From the NCBI GenBank assembly GCA_963662335.2, contig CAXXVD010000001.1, forward strand, positions 448,001 to 512,000: a DNA stretch of 64,000 nt. Reading direction: 5' to 3'. The stretch's first letter is position 1. Each line of letters begins with the position of its first letter. A program made the translations under genes and the position numbers. Positions 1-11,346 of the stretch are shown piece after piece. The notes under the pieces are model-generated. The model saw nothing but the letters and a program-made list of their open reading frames with translations. It was not told the DNA's origin and searched no databases. The stretch comes from Chloroflexota bacterium (GTDB lineage Bacteria; Chloroflexota; UBA11872; VXOZ01).

Positions 1-1139
1 AACTCGCGGTGTCCCAGAATCTCCGTGGCCGTCAGCAGGCCGTTGACGGTGTCGAGCGTCAGGTCGAACAGCCGCTCGCCGAGTTCGCGGATGCTGGCCG
101 TGCCGTCCAGCACTGGCACGCCGGAGAAGTCGATGTTGTCCTGCATTTTGGTAACGGTTTGCGGATTGGCGCAGACCTTGATCACCGGCGCTACCGGATT
201 GCCCAGCGGCGAACCGCGGCCGGTGGTGAAGATGCAGACTTGCGCGCCGCCGGCGATCATGCCGGTCACCGACTCCGAGTCGTAGCCCGGCGTATCCATC
301 ACCACCAGGCCTTTCTTGGCGGGATAGTCGGCGTAGCCGATCACCTCTTCCAGCACCGTGGTCCCGCCCTTGTAGATGCAGCCCAGCGATTTCTCTTCAA
401 TCGTCGTCAACCCGCCTTTGATATTGCCCGGGGCGGGATTGGCGCCGCGAATGTCCACGCCCATGTTCAGCGCGTCCTCTTCCGCCTTGCGTACCACCGC
501 GAGAAGCTGCTCGCCGATTTCCGGTTCGCGGGCGCGTTGGGCAAAGATGTGCTCCGCGCCGATGAATTCCGCCGCCTCGCTGATCATCACCGTGCCGCCG
601 GCTTCCACCAGCATGTCCGAGACCACGCCGACGATGGGATTGCTGGAAAGGCCGCTGGTCGTGTCCGACCCGCCGCACTCGGTAGCCAGCACCAACTCCG
701 AAAGGGGAAACTCTTCCTTCTGCATGGTGGAGAGCTTGGCCTGGAGTTTTTGCGCCATTTGCGCGCCTTCCTGGATGGTGCGAATGGAGCCGCCGGCCTC
801 CTGGATGACGATGAGTTCCACCGGCTTGCCGGTCTTGGCGATGCCCTCGGCGATGAGGGGCGCTTCCGCCGTTTCGCAGCCCAGCCCCACCACGATTGCC
901 GCGCCCACGTTGGGATTGCTGCCGGTGCCCACCATGGTGCGCACGAAGAGGTCCGCGTCCGGCCCCAGTTGGCCGCAGCCGTACTGGTGAATGGTCGTCA
1001 CCGCGCCGGGCACCAGTTCGGTGATGCGCTGGCCGACGGTGGACGAACAGATTACCGACGGCAGGATTGCCAGGTGGTTGCGCGCGCCCACGCGGCCGTC
1101 CGGCCGGCGGTAGCCTTGAAACGTCTCTGCACGTGCCAC
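1..1139 (-). CDS. UxaA-family altronate/galactarate dehydratase large (C-terminal) subunit, runs off window start
   Basis: Not in the ORF track; read manually. GTG at 1139 after a GAGAGGGAG SD gives MARAETFQGYRRPDGRVGARNHLAILPSVICS...HQYGCGQLG...NPNVGAAIVVGLGCE, the UxaA/GarD signature. Lacks the N-terminal SAF domain. Confidence 0.85.
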   Translation of the reverse strand, partial: MARAETFQGYRRPDGRVGARNHLAILPSVICSSTVGQRITELVPGAVTTIHQYGCGQLGPDADLFVRTMVGTGSNPNVGAAIVVGLGCETAEAPLIAEGIAKTGKPVELIVIQEAGGSIRTIQEGAQMAQKLQAKLSTMQKEEFPLSELVLATECGGSDTTSGLSSNPIVGVVSDMLVEAGGTVMISEAAEFIGAEHIFAQRAREPEIGEQLLAVVRKAEEDALNMGVDIRGANPAPGNIKGGLTTIEEKSLGCIYKGGTTVLEEVIGYADYPAKKGLVVMDTPGYDSESVTGMIAGGAQVCIFTTGRGSPLGNPVAPVIKVCANPQTVTKMQDNIDFSGVPVLDGTASIRELGERLFDLTLDTVNGLLTATEILGHRE

Positions 1140-1444
1140 GATCTGAACTCCCTCTCAATGGCCGCGCTTGACGCCGCGGCCGCTCCAGCTCGCGTTGCTC
1201 ACCCTCGTATTGTACTCTTCTTGGCGCAACCGTGTTGCCAGCGCACACAGGTTGCATTGGGGAAATGCGCGCCAAGCCCCGCGGTAGGCGCGGTCGGCGT
1301 CTTTGGGCGGGGTGAACGGCGGCCCGCGATTCGATTGCAGGCTGCGTCGCCCCGCGTGACACTGTGCCACGGTATGCTGCGTCGCACGCGGAAGCTGAAT
1401 TTCTGCAAGAAAAAGCCCGATTCCGTGCAGATTTTTGGCTTAAT

Positions 1445-1473
1445 TTGACAACGCAACGCGTCTCGAGTACCGT
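1445..1473 (+). promoter_or_regulatory. sigma70-type promoter of groL-1
   Basis: TTGACA (1445-1450), 17 bp spacer, TACCGT (1468-1473). Confidence 0.55.
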
Positions 1474-1598
1474 GAATCATTGTGCGCTTGCACGATTGTG
1501 CCCGGCACGGCGCACGACACGCGCCGCAACCCGCCACGCGGGCAACCGACGCGCCGGGCGCTCGAAACTACAGATTGCCGAATGAGGAGACTGCATAC

Positions 1599-3221
<1,623 letters not shown>

Positions 3222-3244
3222 GCAATTTCGCAGCGCTTGAGGCA

Positions 3245-3275
3245 AGAGAACCCCTCCAACGCGGAGGGGTTCTCT
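3245..3275 (+). terminator. Intrinsic terminator hairpin after groL-1
   Basis: AGAGAACCCCTCC-aacgc-GGAGGGGTTCTCT perfect 13-bp stem. Confidence 0.75.
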
Positions 3276-3381
3276 GATTCTCAGGGAGCATTCGCGGGCT
3301 CGCGGCTGCCGCGCCACGTCAAGGTGATAGTATGTAGTCGTGTGAGTTATCGGAAGAGGCCGCAAAGTAGGAGCAATTGCC

Positions 3382-3999
3382 ATGGATAAACGCGGAGTGT
3401 TGATCGTCGTCGTGCTGCTGGTCGCCGGCGTTGGTGTCGCCGCGGCGTGGTGGCTGGGGTCGCCGTTGTTCGTCGATACCGTCGTCGAGGAGGAACTGCC
3501 GTTCACGATACCGAGCGCGGAAGAGATGGAGGCGATGTCGGAGGACGAACTCGCAAAGGTGACCGCGGACGTGCTGGACGCGGCGGCCAAGATGCCGGAC
3601 ACGGAGATGGAAGAAGAGATGCCGGAGATGGCCGACGACGCCCAGCCGATAGTGGTGGCGCAGGGCCAATTTGCCGACGCGGACGACTTCCACAAAGGCA
3701 GCGGCACGGCCACGCTCTACCGCCTGCCGGACGGGACGCACCTCCTGCGGTTCGAGGACTTCCGCGTCACCAACGGCCCGCAACTGCACGTGCTGCTGGC
3801 CACCCACGCCATGCCCGCCAGCCGCGAGGACGTGGATGAAGGGTACGTCGATCTGGGCGGCCTGAAGGGCAACGTGGGCAGCCAGAACTACGAGATTGGC
3901 GCCGATATTGCCGTCGCTGACGTCAAGAGCATCGTAATCTACTGCAAGCCCTTCCAGGTGGTCTTCTCCACGGCAACGCTTAGCAGCGGCGGCAGCTAA
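3382..3999 (+). CDS. Membrane-anchored DM13-domain (electron transfer DM13) protein
   Basis: N-terminal TM helix, acidic linker, then GSGTA...LRFEDFRVTNGPQLHVLL...DLGGLKGNVGSQNYEI...VIYCKPFQVVF. Confidence 0.88.
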   Translation: MDKRGVLIVVVLLVAGVGVAAAWWLGSPLFVDTVVEEELPFTIPSAEEMEAMSEDELAKVTADVLDAAAKMPDTEMEEEMPEMADDAQPIVVAQGQFADADDFHKGSGTATLYRLPDGTHLLRFEDFRVTNGPQLHVLLATHAMPASREDVDEGYVDLGGLKGNVGSQNYEIGADIAVADVKSIVIYCKPFQVVFSTATLSSGGS

Positions 4000-4096
4000 A
4001 CGCCCGGTCCCGGTTGACGCGCTCTCGCACTGCAAGAGCGCGCCTCTCGGCAAACCGCGGTACCGAAGGCTTGCGCCCATGCTGTCGCACCAACGG

Positions 4097-4459
4097 AGCG
4101 CGGGGGCTTGCCCCCAATGGTGTCGCAGCGCGGGGGCTTGCCCCATAGGTAGCGCGGGGGCTTGTCCCCCGCCGGAGCCATTGAAACTGGCACGCACAGG
4201 GTTGACCCATCAGCTTCGCGGGTTGCAAGCCTGCGCTACCGGAGATTTTGGATGCGAGTTCTGCTGTCGCTCAGTCTAATGCGACAGTATTAGGGCTTGC
4301 CCCCGCCCAAGCAGGCACATACGCGCACGCACAAGCTGGATTCCCGCTTTCGCGGGAATGACGGGACATTTCTACACGCCCGGAGTGCTGTTCTTCGCTT
4401 TCTTGTGACCCTCTCGGTCGAATGGACCCTCACCCTCGCCCTCTCCCAGCGGGAGAGGG
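4097..4459. repeat. Cluster of REP-like palindromes (families A, G, half C, E)
   Basis: Three tandem (GT)AGCGCGGGGGCTTG(T)CCCC copies (full copy at 4149); GGTTGCAAGCCTGCGCTAC at about 4221-4239; GGATTCCCGCTTTCGCGGGAATGAC at about 4338; CCCTCACCC..CCCTCTCCC..GGGAGAGGG at 4427-4459. Confidence 0.85.
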
Positions 4460-4519
4460 GACATGAGAGCGCCCAAGGGATTAATGACCCAACGTTTGCT
4501 ATTTTCCGCCTTAGAATAC

Positions 4520-4549
4520 TTGACGAAATGCCAGAGAGAGTTCTATAAT
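4520..4549 (+). promoter_or_regulatory. sigma70-type promoter of the PspC gene
   Basis: TTGACG, 18 bp spacer, TATAAT. Confidence 0.65.
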
Positions 4550-4593
4550 CGTAAAGAGGATGTTTAGACTTGACCGATGAGGAGGAGTGAGCG

Positions 4594-5748
4594 ATGACGG
4601 AGACGGTAGAACCCGCCGTGCGGCGCCTGCTGCGGAGCCGGACGGAACGCACCTGCGCCGGCGTCTGCGGCGGCATTGCGGAGTATATCGAGTGGGACCC
4701 AACGATCGTGCGCCTGCTCTGGATTCTCGCGCTCTTCCTCTCCGGCGGCGCGGCGCTGTTCGCCTACATCGTCTGCTGGATCGTCATGCCGGAAGCGCCC
4801 GAGCACGCGCAGACCGGCGATGTCTTCACGCACGGACAGCGCCTCACCCGCAGCCGCGACGAGCGCATGTTGGCCGGTGTCTGCGGCGGCCTTGCCGCTT
4901 ACCTAGGCATGGACGTCACGCTTATGCGCGTGCTCTGGGTCGCCGCCACCTTCATCAGCGGCGGGCTGACGCTAATCGCCTATCCCATCTTCTGGCTGGT
5001 CATGCCCGAAAGCGGCCGCTTTGCGTCCGCCGCGGACGATACGTTTCGGAACGTGGCGGAGCGCGTAGACCCAATGGTGGACCGGATTGGCGACCGGGTG
5101 CGCGAGACGTTCAACCAAGCGCCGCGCCCATCCGACCCGGCCGCCGCCAAACGCGCCCAGGAACAGGAATTGGAGAACGAGATACTCGGCATCAGCGAGG
5201 ATGACCTGCAAGAAGAGCGGCCGCAGGCGGCGGCCAGCGCCCCGGCCGCCAAACCGGCGCAGCGCTGGCTGCCCGTGCTCGGCATGGCTCTGGTAACCGT
5301 GGGACTCATCGTGCTCGCGAACAGCATTGACTGGCTGTGGTTCTCGCCGGAGTCCCTGGTCATCCTCGTGATTGGCGCGCTCTTGCTCTCCTATCGCAGC
5401 GGCGACGAGCCGCGCCCGGCCTGGCGCACCGTGGCCGGCGGGGTGTTGGTCTTCGTCAGCGTTCTCGCGCTGTTGGATAGCATCAGCATATTCTGGAACT
5501 CCGACGGCGTGATCGGCTCGCTCTTCATCATGGGCATCGGCCTGGCCCTGCTGTTGCACCGCCGGCGCGCGGCGCCGCGGCCGGCGTGGCGCGCGTGGAT
5601 TGGCGGCGGCTTGGTCGCCCTCGGCGCGCTCGTGCTCATCGATACCGTCTTGCCTTCGTTCGTATCCGACTTCACCTGGCCGCTGGCCCTCATCGGCGCC
5701 GGCGCGCTGCTGCTCTGGCAATGGAGCCGCCGCAAGGCAACAGGCTAG
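4594..5748 (+). CDS. Double PspC-domain membrane protein with C-terminal LiaF/LiaI-like TM region (envelope stress)
   Basis: Two copies of LxRSRxxRxxAGVCGGxAxY...D.T..R.LW...AY...W.VMPE; strong GAGGAGGAG SD. Confidence 0.9.
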   Translation: MTETVEPAVRRLLRSRTERTCAGVCGGIAEYIEWDPTIVRLLWILALFLSGGAALFAYIVCWIVMPEAPEHAQTGDVFTHGQRLTRSRDERMLAGVCGGLAAYLGMDVTLMRVLWVAATFISGGLTLIAYPIFWLVMPESGRFASAADDTFRNVAERVDPMVDRIGDRVRETFNQAPRPSDPAAAKRAQEQELENEILGISEDDLQEERPQAAASAPAAKPAQRWLPVLGMALVTVGLIVLANSIDWLWFSPESLVILVIGALLLSYRSGDEPRPAWRTVAGGVLVFVSVLALLDSISIFWNSDGVIGSLFIMGIGLALLLHRRRAAPRPAWRAWIGGGLVALGALVLIDTVLPSFVSDFTWPLALIGAGALLLWQWSRRKATG

Positions 5749-5880
5749 CGCCTGTCGCCCCGCCGTTCACGCCCCGGCAAGAGCCGCTGAGGGCTTATAC
5801 TGCTGGCGCGCCCCTCTTGCCATACGGTCACTCTGAGGAGCCCGACTGTCTGTGCGACGGCATTGGGGCCCACCCCCAAT

Positions 5881-5957
5881 TGTCATTCTGAGGAGCGCAG
5901 CGACGAAGAATCTAGAGCGCGGGAAACCATAGATTCCTCGCTGCGCTCGGAATGACA
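5881..5957. repeat. REPIN-like 77-bp element (family D)
   Basis: TGTCATTCTGAGGAGCGCAGCGACGAAGAATCT...AGATTCCTCGCTGCGCTCGGAATGACA; inverted near-copy at 30316-30392. Confidence 0.85.
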
Positions 5958-6000
5958 GAAGCCGCAGCAAGCTAGTTAGGCTCCAAGGTCTTTCAGTCGC

Positions 6001-6028
6001 TTGACAGTGATGCCCTATTTTGCATAAT
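6001..6028 (+). promoter_or_regulatory. Promoter of the DegT gene, bracketed by inverted repeat CGCTTGAC/GTCAAGCG (5998-6043)
   Basis: TTGACA, 16 bp spacer, CATAAT. Confidence 0.5.
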
Positions 6029-6072
6029 GGTGCTAGTCAAGCGTTCTATCGCACCCGTGAAAGAGGATGTCC

Positions 6073-7365
6073 ATGGCACAAACACTCAGCGCCGCCGCAG
6101 TTCTCGCCATCGATGGCGGGCCGCCGGCGGTGACCGCCCCGCTCGACGACCGCTGGCAGCGCGTCACCGACCTGGAAAAGGAGTACGTGCTGCGGGTGAT
6201 GGACGACTTTGGCGACGCCTACGCCGAATTGGACCGGTTCGAGCAAGAGTGGCGGGAGTTCATCGGCACGAAACACGCCCTGGCCATGTGCAACGGCACC
6301 GCCACCCTGCACTCCGCCATCTTCGCGGCCGGCGCGCACGCGGGCAAAGAGGTGATCGTGCCCTCGGTGACCTGGCACGCGAGCATCAGCCCCATCCTGC
6401 ACTGCGGCGCGACTCCCGTGTTCTGCGACGCCGATCCGCAGACCTTCTGCGCCGACCCTGCGGACGCGCGGCGCAAGATCACCGACCGCACCTGCGCCAT
6501 CGTCGTCACGCACGTCTACGGCAATCCGGCGGACCTCGACGCCTTCCGCGAGATCGTGGACGGCACCGACATCGTCCTCATCGAGGACGCCTCCCACGCC
6601 CACGGCGCGACGTGGGACGGCAAGCCGGTTGGCTCGTTCGGCCATATCGGCTGCTTCAGCCTGCAGAAAGGCAAGGCCATGACCGGCATCGAGGCCGGTG
6701 TGGCCGTGACCGACGACGAAGCGCTCTACGACCGCATGTTGGCGCTGGGCCAGTACGGGCGCTGCGGCAAGCTGTGGGCAACCGCCGAGTTCGCCGACCT
6801 GCGCAACATGGGATTCGGCGTGAAGTACCGCGCCAATCCGCTCGCCATCGCCATGGTGCGGGCGCAGTTTACGCGGCTGCCGGCAATGAACGAGAAGCGC
6901 CGGGCGTGGTTCGACCGGCTCGACTCGCTGCTGAGCGCCATTCCGGGCGTTTATCCGCAGCAGGTGTATCCTCAGGCGGTGCGGGGCGGCCTCGTGCACT
7001 ACGCCGGTACGCTGGATGCTAGGGAAATCGGCGCGCCTGTGAATGCGATTCTGAAAGCCTTGGTCGCCGAAGGCGTACAGACGAAACCGGAGATCACGCC
7101 CTTCGGCTACGGCGTGATGCACCTGGAGCCGCTCTTCAACGACTACGCGCTGGATAACGTGGGCGGCCCCTGGAAAGACCTGCCCGCGGAGTCGCGCGTG
7201 CGCCGGCGGCGCGGCCACCTGCCCGTGAGCGAACGCATCCACGCTTCGGCCTTCTGGATCAAGACGCCAATCGACCCTAATCCTGAATGGGTTGAACAAG
7301 TCGGCGCGGCCTTCCGCAAGGTGGTCGCCAACGCGGATCGCCTGGCCGAGTTTGCGCCGGCTTAA
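6073..7365 (+). CDS. DegT/DnrJ/EryC1/StrS family PLP aminotransferase
   Basis: LAIDGG start, NGTATLH, IEDASHAHGA, GCFSLQKGK (PLP Lys) motifs. Confidence 0.92.
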   Translation: MAQTLSAAAVLAIDGGPPAVTAPLDDRWQRVTDLEKEYVLRVMDDFGDAYAELDRFEQEWREFIGTKHALAMCNGTATLHSAIFAAGAHAGKEVIVPSVTWHASISPILHCGATPVFCDADPQTFCADPADARRKITDRTCAIVVTHVYGNPADLDAFREIVDGTDIVLIEDASHAHGATWDGKPVGSFGHIGCFSLQKGKAMTGIEAGVAVTDDEALYDRMLALGQYGRCGKLWATAEFADLRNMGFGVKYRANPLAIAMVRAQFTRLPAMNEKRRAWFDRLDSLLSAIPGVYPQQVYPQAVRGGLVHYAGTLDAREIGAPVNAILKALVAEGVQTKPEITPFGYGVMHLEPLFNDYALDNVGGPWKDLPAESRVRRRRGHLPVSERIHASAFWIKTPIDPNPEWVEQVGAAFRKVVANADRLAEFAPA

Positions 7366-7462
7366 AGCGCGAAATCTGCCGACAAAGGATTAACGGATCT
7401 ATGCGCCATTTCCCTGCCGCGATTGGTGGATGGGAAGACCTGGCGGCCCCGTGAACGAGAAC

Positions 7463-7488
7463 GCGGCCTGTGCTGCAGCACAGGCCGC
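7463..7488. terminator. Perfect 26-bp palindrome between convergent genes, probable terminator
   Basis: GCGGCCTGTGCTG|CAGCACAGGCCGC. Confidence 0.5.
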
Positions 7489-7534
7489 TCCATTTGTGAC
7501 CTCAGTTCGTCGTCTCAATCCCTCTTCTCCCGAC

Positions 7535-9253
7535 TCAGCCGCTTCCCGCCCGGCAGCGGGCCGTGGCTTCCACGTCCAGTTCGCCAGTGGCCGTTACCAC
7601 GACCCCGTAGACCTCACGGGCGCGTTCACGCGACACCTTCTCGTTGCGCACGTCGTCCTGCACCAACTGCGGGTCGCGCGCACGCGGGTCGCCCCAACCG
7701 CCGGCGCCTGAGACCATGTGGCGGAACAGGTCGTTCTCGTAGATCGTCTCCGTTGCCTTGCTGGTCAGCACGCGCGCCTCGGTATCGGGATTGAGGATGT
7801 TGCGCGAGGGCGCGCCGGGGTGGCCGCCGGCCAGGCCGTAGGCGTGGTTCTTATGTCGATCCGAACGGAGTTGCAGCGTCGCGCGCTTCTCCCGCAGGCG
7901 GTAGTCGCGCACCAGCGCCAAACCGCCGCGGTACGCGCCCGCGCCTTCCGAATCCGGCACGTAGCCGTAGCGTTCAATGCGCAGCGGCAACTCGGCCTCC
8001 ACCACTTCCACCGGATTGTTGGAAAAATTCACCACGATGCTTGCCATGGCGTCCGTGCCGTCGCTCCAGGGCTTGCCGCCCCACGAGCCAAAGAGAAACT
8101 CCAGGTAGACGAAGGGGTTGCCGTCGTCGTCGTAGCCGCCGATGCTCACGCCGGTATCGCCGCCCACCTCGCAGGCCGGAATGCGCTCAGGCGCCAACTT
8201 CGCCAGCGCGCCCATCACGGCATTGGCGGTGCGGTAGCCGGTGAGGCCGCGCGCCGCCACCGGCGCGGGCATACTGGGATTGATGACCGAACTCTCCGGC
8301 GCGATCACGTTTATCGGGCGGAAATATCCCTCGTTGTTCGGAATCTCTTCCCCCATCAGGCTGCGCACGCAGGCGTAGACCGCCGAGCGCGTAAACGGTA
8401 TCGGCGAGTTGATGCCGCCGCGCACCTGGGGCGACGTGCCCGTGAAGTCCACCGTCATGGAATCCCCGTGCACGCGCACGCACACGGCAATCGGAATCGG
8501 CCCCGGGTCGAAGCCGTCGTCGTCGATGTAGTCGGTAAAGGCGTACTCCCCGTCCGGCAGGTCGGCAATGGCCTGCCGCGCCAGCCGCTCGGTGTAGTCG
8601 AGCAGCGCCGTAAACCGCGCCTGCAACTCGGCGTGTCCGTAGCGCGCGAAGAGCGTTTTCACCCGCCGCTCGCCCACGTGGCAGGCGGAGAGTTGGGCGC
8701 GAATGTCGCCCAGCACCAGGCGCGGCACGCGCACGTTGGCGCGCAGGAGTTCGAAGACGGCCTCGTTCGGCTCGCCGGCGGCGTAGAGCTTGAGCGGCGG
8801 GATGCGGATGCCCTCCTGGAAGATTTCCGTGGCGTCGCAGCCGTTGCCGCCGGCCACCATGCCGCCCACGTCGGCGTGATGCGCGATCGAAACTAAGAAA
8901 CACGCCAATTCGTCATTCAAAAATACCGGCTTGAAGATGTAGATGTCCGGCAGGTGCGTGCCGCCGGCGTAGGGATCGTTGAGCATGTAGACATCGCCGG
9001 GCCGCACGTTTTGCCCAAACGTGCCGAAGATGCTTTCCATCGCGTGGGGCACCGAACCCAGGTGCAGCGGCAGGGTCAGGCCCTGGGCGATGAGTTCGCC
9101 GCTGGGCTGGCAGAGCGCCGTCGAAAAATCCATGCTGTTCTTCAGGTTGTTGGAGTACGCGGTGCGCAGCACTGTCATCGCCATCTCGTCCACCAGCGAT
9201 TCCAGCGCGTTCTTGAGGATTTCCGTTTCGACCGGATCGAATTCGCGGCTCAC
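7535..9253 (-). CDS. Hydantoinase B / oxoprolinase family protein
   Basis: EMAMTVLRTAYS, DFSTAL, NDPYAGGTHLPD, HHADVGG, IFQEGIRIPP motifs; GTGA overlap with the upstream gene. Confidence 0.93.
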   Translation of the reverse strand: MSREFDPVETEILKNALESLVDEMAMTVLRTAYSNNLKNSMDFSTALCQPSGELIAQGLTLPLHLGSVPHAMESIFGTFGQNVRPGDVYMLNDPYAGGTHLPDIYIFKPVFLNDELACFLVSIAHHADVGGMVAGGNGCDATEIFQEGIRIPPLKLYAAGEPNEAVFELLRANVRVPRLVLGDIRAQLSACHVGERRVKTLFARYGHAELQARFTALLDYTERLARQAIADLPDGEYAFTDYIDDDGFDPGPIPIAVCVRVHGDSMTVDFTGTSPQVRGGINSPIPFTRSAVYACVRSLMGEEIPNNEGYFRPINVIAPESSVINPSMPAPVAARGLTGYRTANAVMGALAKLAPERIPACEVGGDTGVSIGGYDDDGNPFVYLEFLFGSWGGKPWSDGTDAMASIVVNFSNNPVEVVEAELPLRIERYGYVPDSEGAGAYRGGLALVRDYRLREKRATLQLRSDRHKNHAYGLAGGHPGAPSRNILNPDTEARVLTSKATETIYENDLFRHMVSGAGGWGDPRARDPQLVQDDVRNEKVSRERAREVYGVVVTATGELDVEATARCRAGSG

Positions 9254-11337
9254 GATTGCTCCTCTCCCACGGCGATCACCACGTTGTCCCACTCATCCCG
9301 CCGCACCGCGCAATTGGGGGGCACGAGGATGGTCGTATCGTACTCCTCGACGATGAGCGGGCCGGGCCGCTCGTTCCCGTCAAGTTCATGGCGGCCCAGC
9401 AGCGGCACGGTGCGCTCGCCCAGCGCCGCGCCAAAATAGGCGGTGCGTTCGCGCGGCAGGTGCGCCAGGCGCTTGCCCGCGCCCGCGCTGCCCCAGCGGT
9501 GCGCGCCCTCGCGGGGCAACGTCACTTCCACGCGCAGGTTGACAAGCTCTACCGGGTCGTCCGGGGCCTTGTGCCCGTAGGTGCGCTCGTGCTCGCGCTC
9601 GAAGGCTTCGCGCATCACCGCCGGCGTGGACTCTTGGAAAGGCACGGTCAACTCGAACGACTGTCCCGCGTAGCGCAGGTCCGCGAAGCGCTGCCAAGAG
9701 CCAGCTTCCCCCGCGCCGGTGTCGACGCCAATCTCGGCCGCCAGGCGGGACTCGAGCGCCGCGTACTGCCGGTTGATCTCTTCTTCACTCACGTTATCCA
9801 GCGGCAGCAGTACCGTCTGCGAAACGTGCTGCGCAACGTCCACGCAGAGGAGGCCGAGTGAGCTAAACAGCCCCGGAAACGGCGGCGCCACTACCTGCCG
9901 GATGCCGAGTTCCTGCGCCATTTCCACGGCGTGCAACGGCCCGCTGCCGCCAAAGGCGAAGAGCGCGAAGTCGGCCGGCGAACGACCCCGCTCCACCGTA
10001 ACCGCCCGCACCGCGCGGCTCATGTGAGAGACCGCGATGCGGTGGATGCCGTGGGCGGCGTCAGCCACGCTCAGGCCCAGCGGTTCCGCCAGCCGCTTCT
10101 CCAGCACGGTACGCGCCCGCGCCGCGTCGATCGGCAGTTCGCCGCCGAGGAAATGCGTGGGATTCAGAAAACCCAGTGCCACGTTTGCGTCGGTGAGCGT
10201 CGGCTCTTCCCCGCCCTGGGCGTAACAGACCGGCCCCGGTTCCGCGCCCGCGCTATTGGGGCCCACGCGCAGGCCGCCGGCCGGGTCGAGCCACGCCACG
10301 CTGCCGCCGCCGGCCCCAACCTCCGCAATGTCGATGGCCGGCACCCGCAGCGCGTAGCCCGCGCCCCGCTGCAAGCGCGCGCTCAGGCTGATGCCGCCGC
10401 CCACCTCGTAGTCGTTGGTGCGGGTGATGCGGCCGTCCTCGATCACCGACGCTTTCGCCGTAGTGCCGCCCATGTCGAGGGTGATGGCGTTGGCAACCCC
10501 CATCGCGTTCGCCAGCGAGAGCGCGCCCATCACGCCCGCGGCCGGGCCGGACTCGATCACGTGGATGGGCTGCTCCGCCGCTTTGGCCGCGCCCATCATG
10601 CCGCCGCCGGACTGCATCATGTAGACCGGCGCGGTAATCCGCCGTTCGTCGAACGACTCTTGCAGCCGCTCCAGGTACGAGCGCATCACCGGCGCGATAT
10701 AAGCGTTGATCACCGTCGTGCTGGTGCGCTCGTACTCGCGGATCTCCGGCAGCACGTGGGACGAGAGCGAAACGAAGACGTCCGGCGCGGCGGCCTGGAG
10801 CAGTTCGCCGATGCGTTCTTCGTGCGCCGGATTGCGGTAGGCGTTGATGAGGCAAACCGCGATTGACTGCACGCCCGCGTCCAGCAGGCGCGCGATTGCC
10901 GCGTGGACGCTGTCCTCATCCAATTCCCGCACCACCGCGCCGCCGGTGTCGATGCGTTCGTCAACCTCGCGCCGCAGCGCCCGCGGGACCAGCGGCTTGG
11001 GTGGCTCCCAATGCAGGTCGTAGAGACGCGGCATGCGCAAGCGCCGGATCTCCAGCACGTCGCGAAAGCCGGCCGTGGTGATGAGTCCCGTCGGCGCGCC
11101 CTTGCCCTCCAGAATGGCGTTGGTCGCCACCGTGGTGGCGTGGATGACCTCGTGCACGTCGGCGCTGGCGGCGTGCGTCTCGCGGATAAGCGCGTCCAGA
11201 CCCCGCACGATGCCCTGGGCAAAGTCGTCGGCGGTGGATGAAACCTTGGTCCACGCCTGCAGCCCCTGGGCGTCCATGAAGACGAGGTCGGTGAAGGTGC
11301 CCCCAATATCGACGCCGACGCGCAACGCTGAGTCCAC
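9250..11337 (-). CDS. Hydantoinase A / oxoprolinase family protein (ATP-dependent)
   Basis: GVDIGGTFTD, HATTVATNA, EYERTST, ESGPAAG, DMGGTT, GAGGGS motifs. Confidence 0.95.
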   Translation of the reverse strand: MDSALRVGVDIGGTFTDLVFMDAQGLQAWTKVSSTADDFAQGIVRGLDALIRETHAASADVHEVIHATTVATNAILEGKGAPTGLITTAGFRDVLEIRRLRMPRLYDLHWEPPKPLVPRALRREVDERIDTGGAVVRELDEDSVHAAIARLLDAGVQSIAVCLINAYRNPAHEERIGELLQAAAPDVFVSLSSHVLPEIREYERTSTTVINAYIAPVMRSYLERLQESFDERRITAPVYMMQSGGGMMGAAKAAEQPIHVIESGPAAGVMGALSLANAMGVANAITLDMGGTTAKASVIEDGRITRTNDYEVGGGISLSARLQRGAGYALRVPAIDIAEVGAGGGSVAWLDPAGGLRVGPNSAGAEPGPVCYAQGGEEPTLTDANVALGFLNPTHFLGGELPIDAARARTVLEKRLAEPLGLSVADAAHGIHRIAVSHMSRAVRAVTVERGRSPADFALFAFGGSGPLHAVEMAQELGIRQVVAPPFPGLFSSLGLLCVDVAQHVSQTVLLPLDNVSEEEINRQYAALESRLAAEIGVDTGAGEAGSWQRFADLRYAGQSFELTVPFQESTPAVMREAFEREHERTYGHKAPDDPVELVNLRVEVTLPREGAHRWGSAGAGKRLAHLPRERTAYFGAALGERTVPLLGRHELDGNERPGPLIVEEYDTTILVPPNCAVRRDEWDNVVIAVGEEQS

Positions 11338-11346
11338 AAGCGCCGC

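Noticed and set aside
1155-1370. Missing SAF small subunit of UxaA
   Set aside because: The 71-aa ORF has no SAF-like motif (no GHK.A or KYG) and overlaps a promoter-like region.
9-1448. 479-aa plus-strand ORF
   Set aside because: Antisense shadow of the minus-strand UxaA-family gene. Most long overlapping ORFs in the track (e.g. 34750-36624, 59320-61275, 56585-57829) are similar high-GC shadows.
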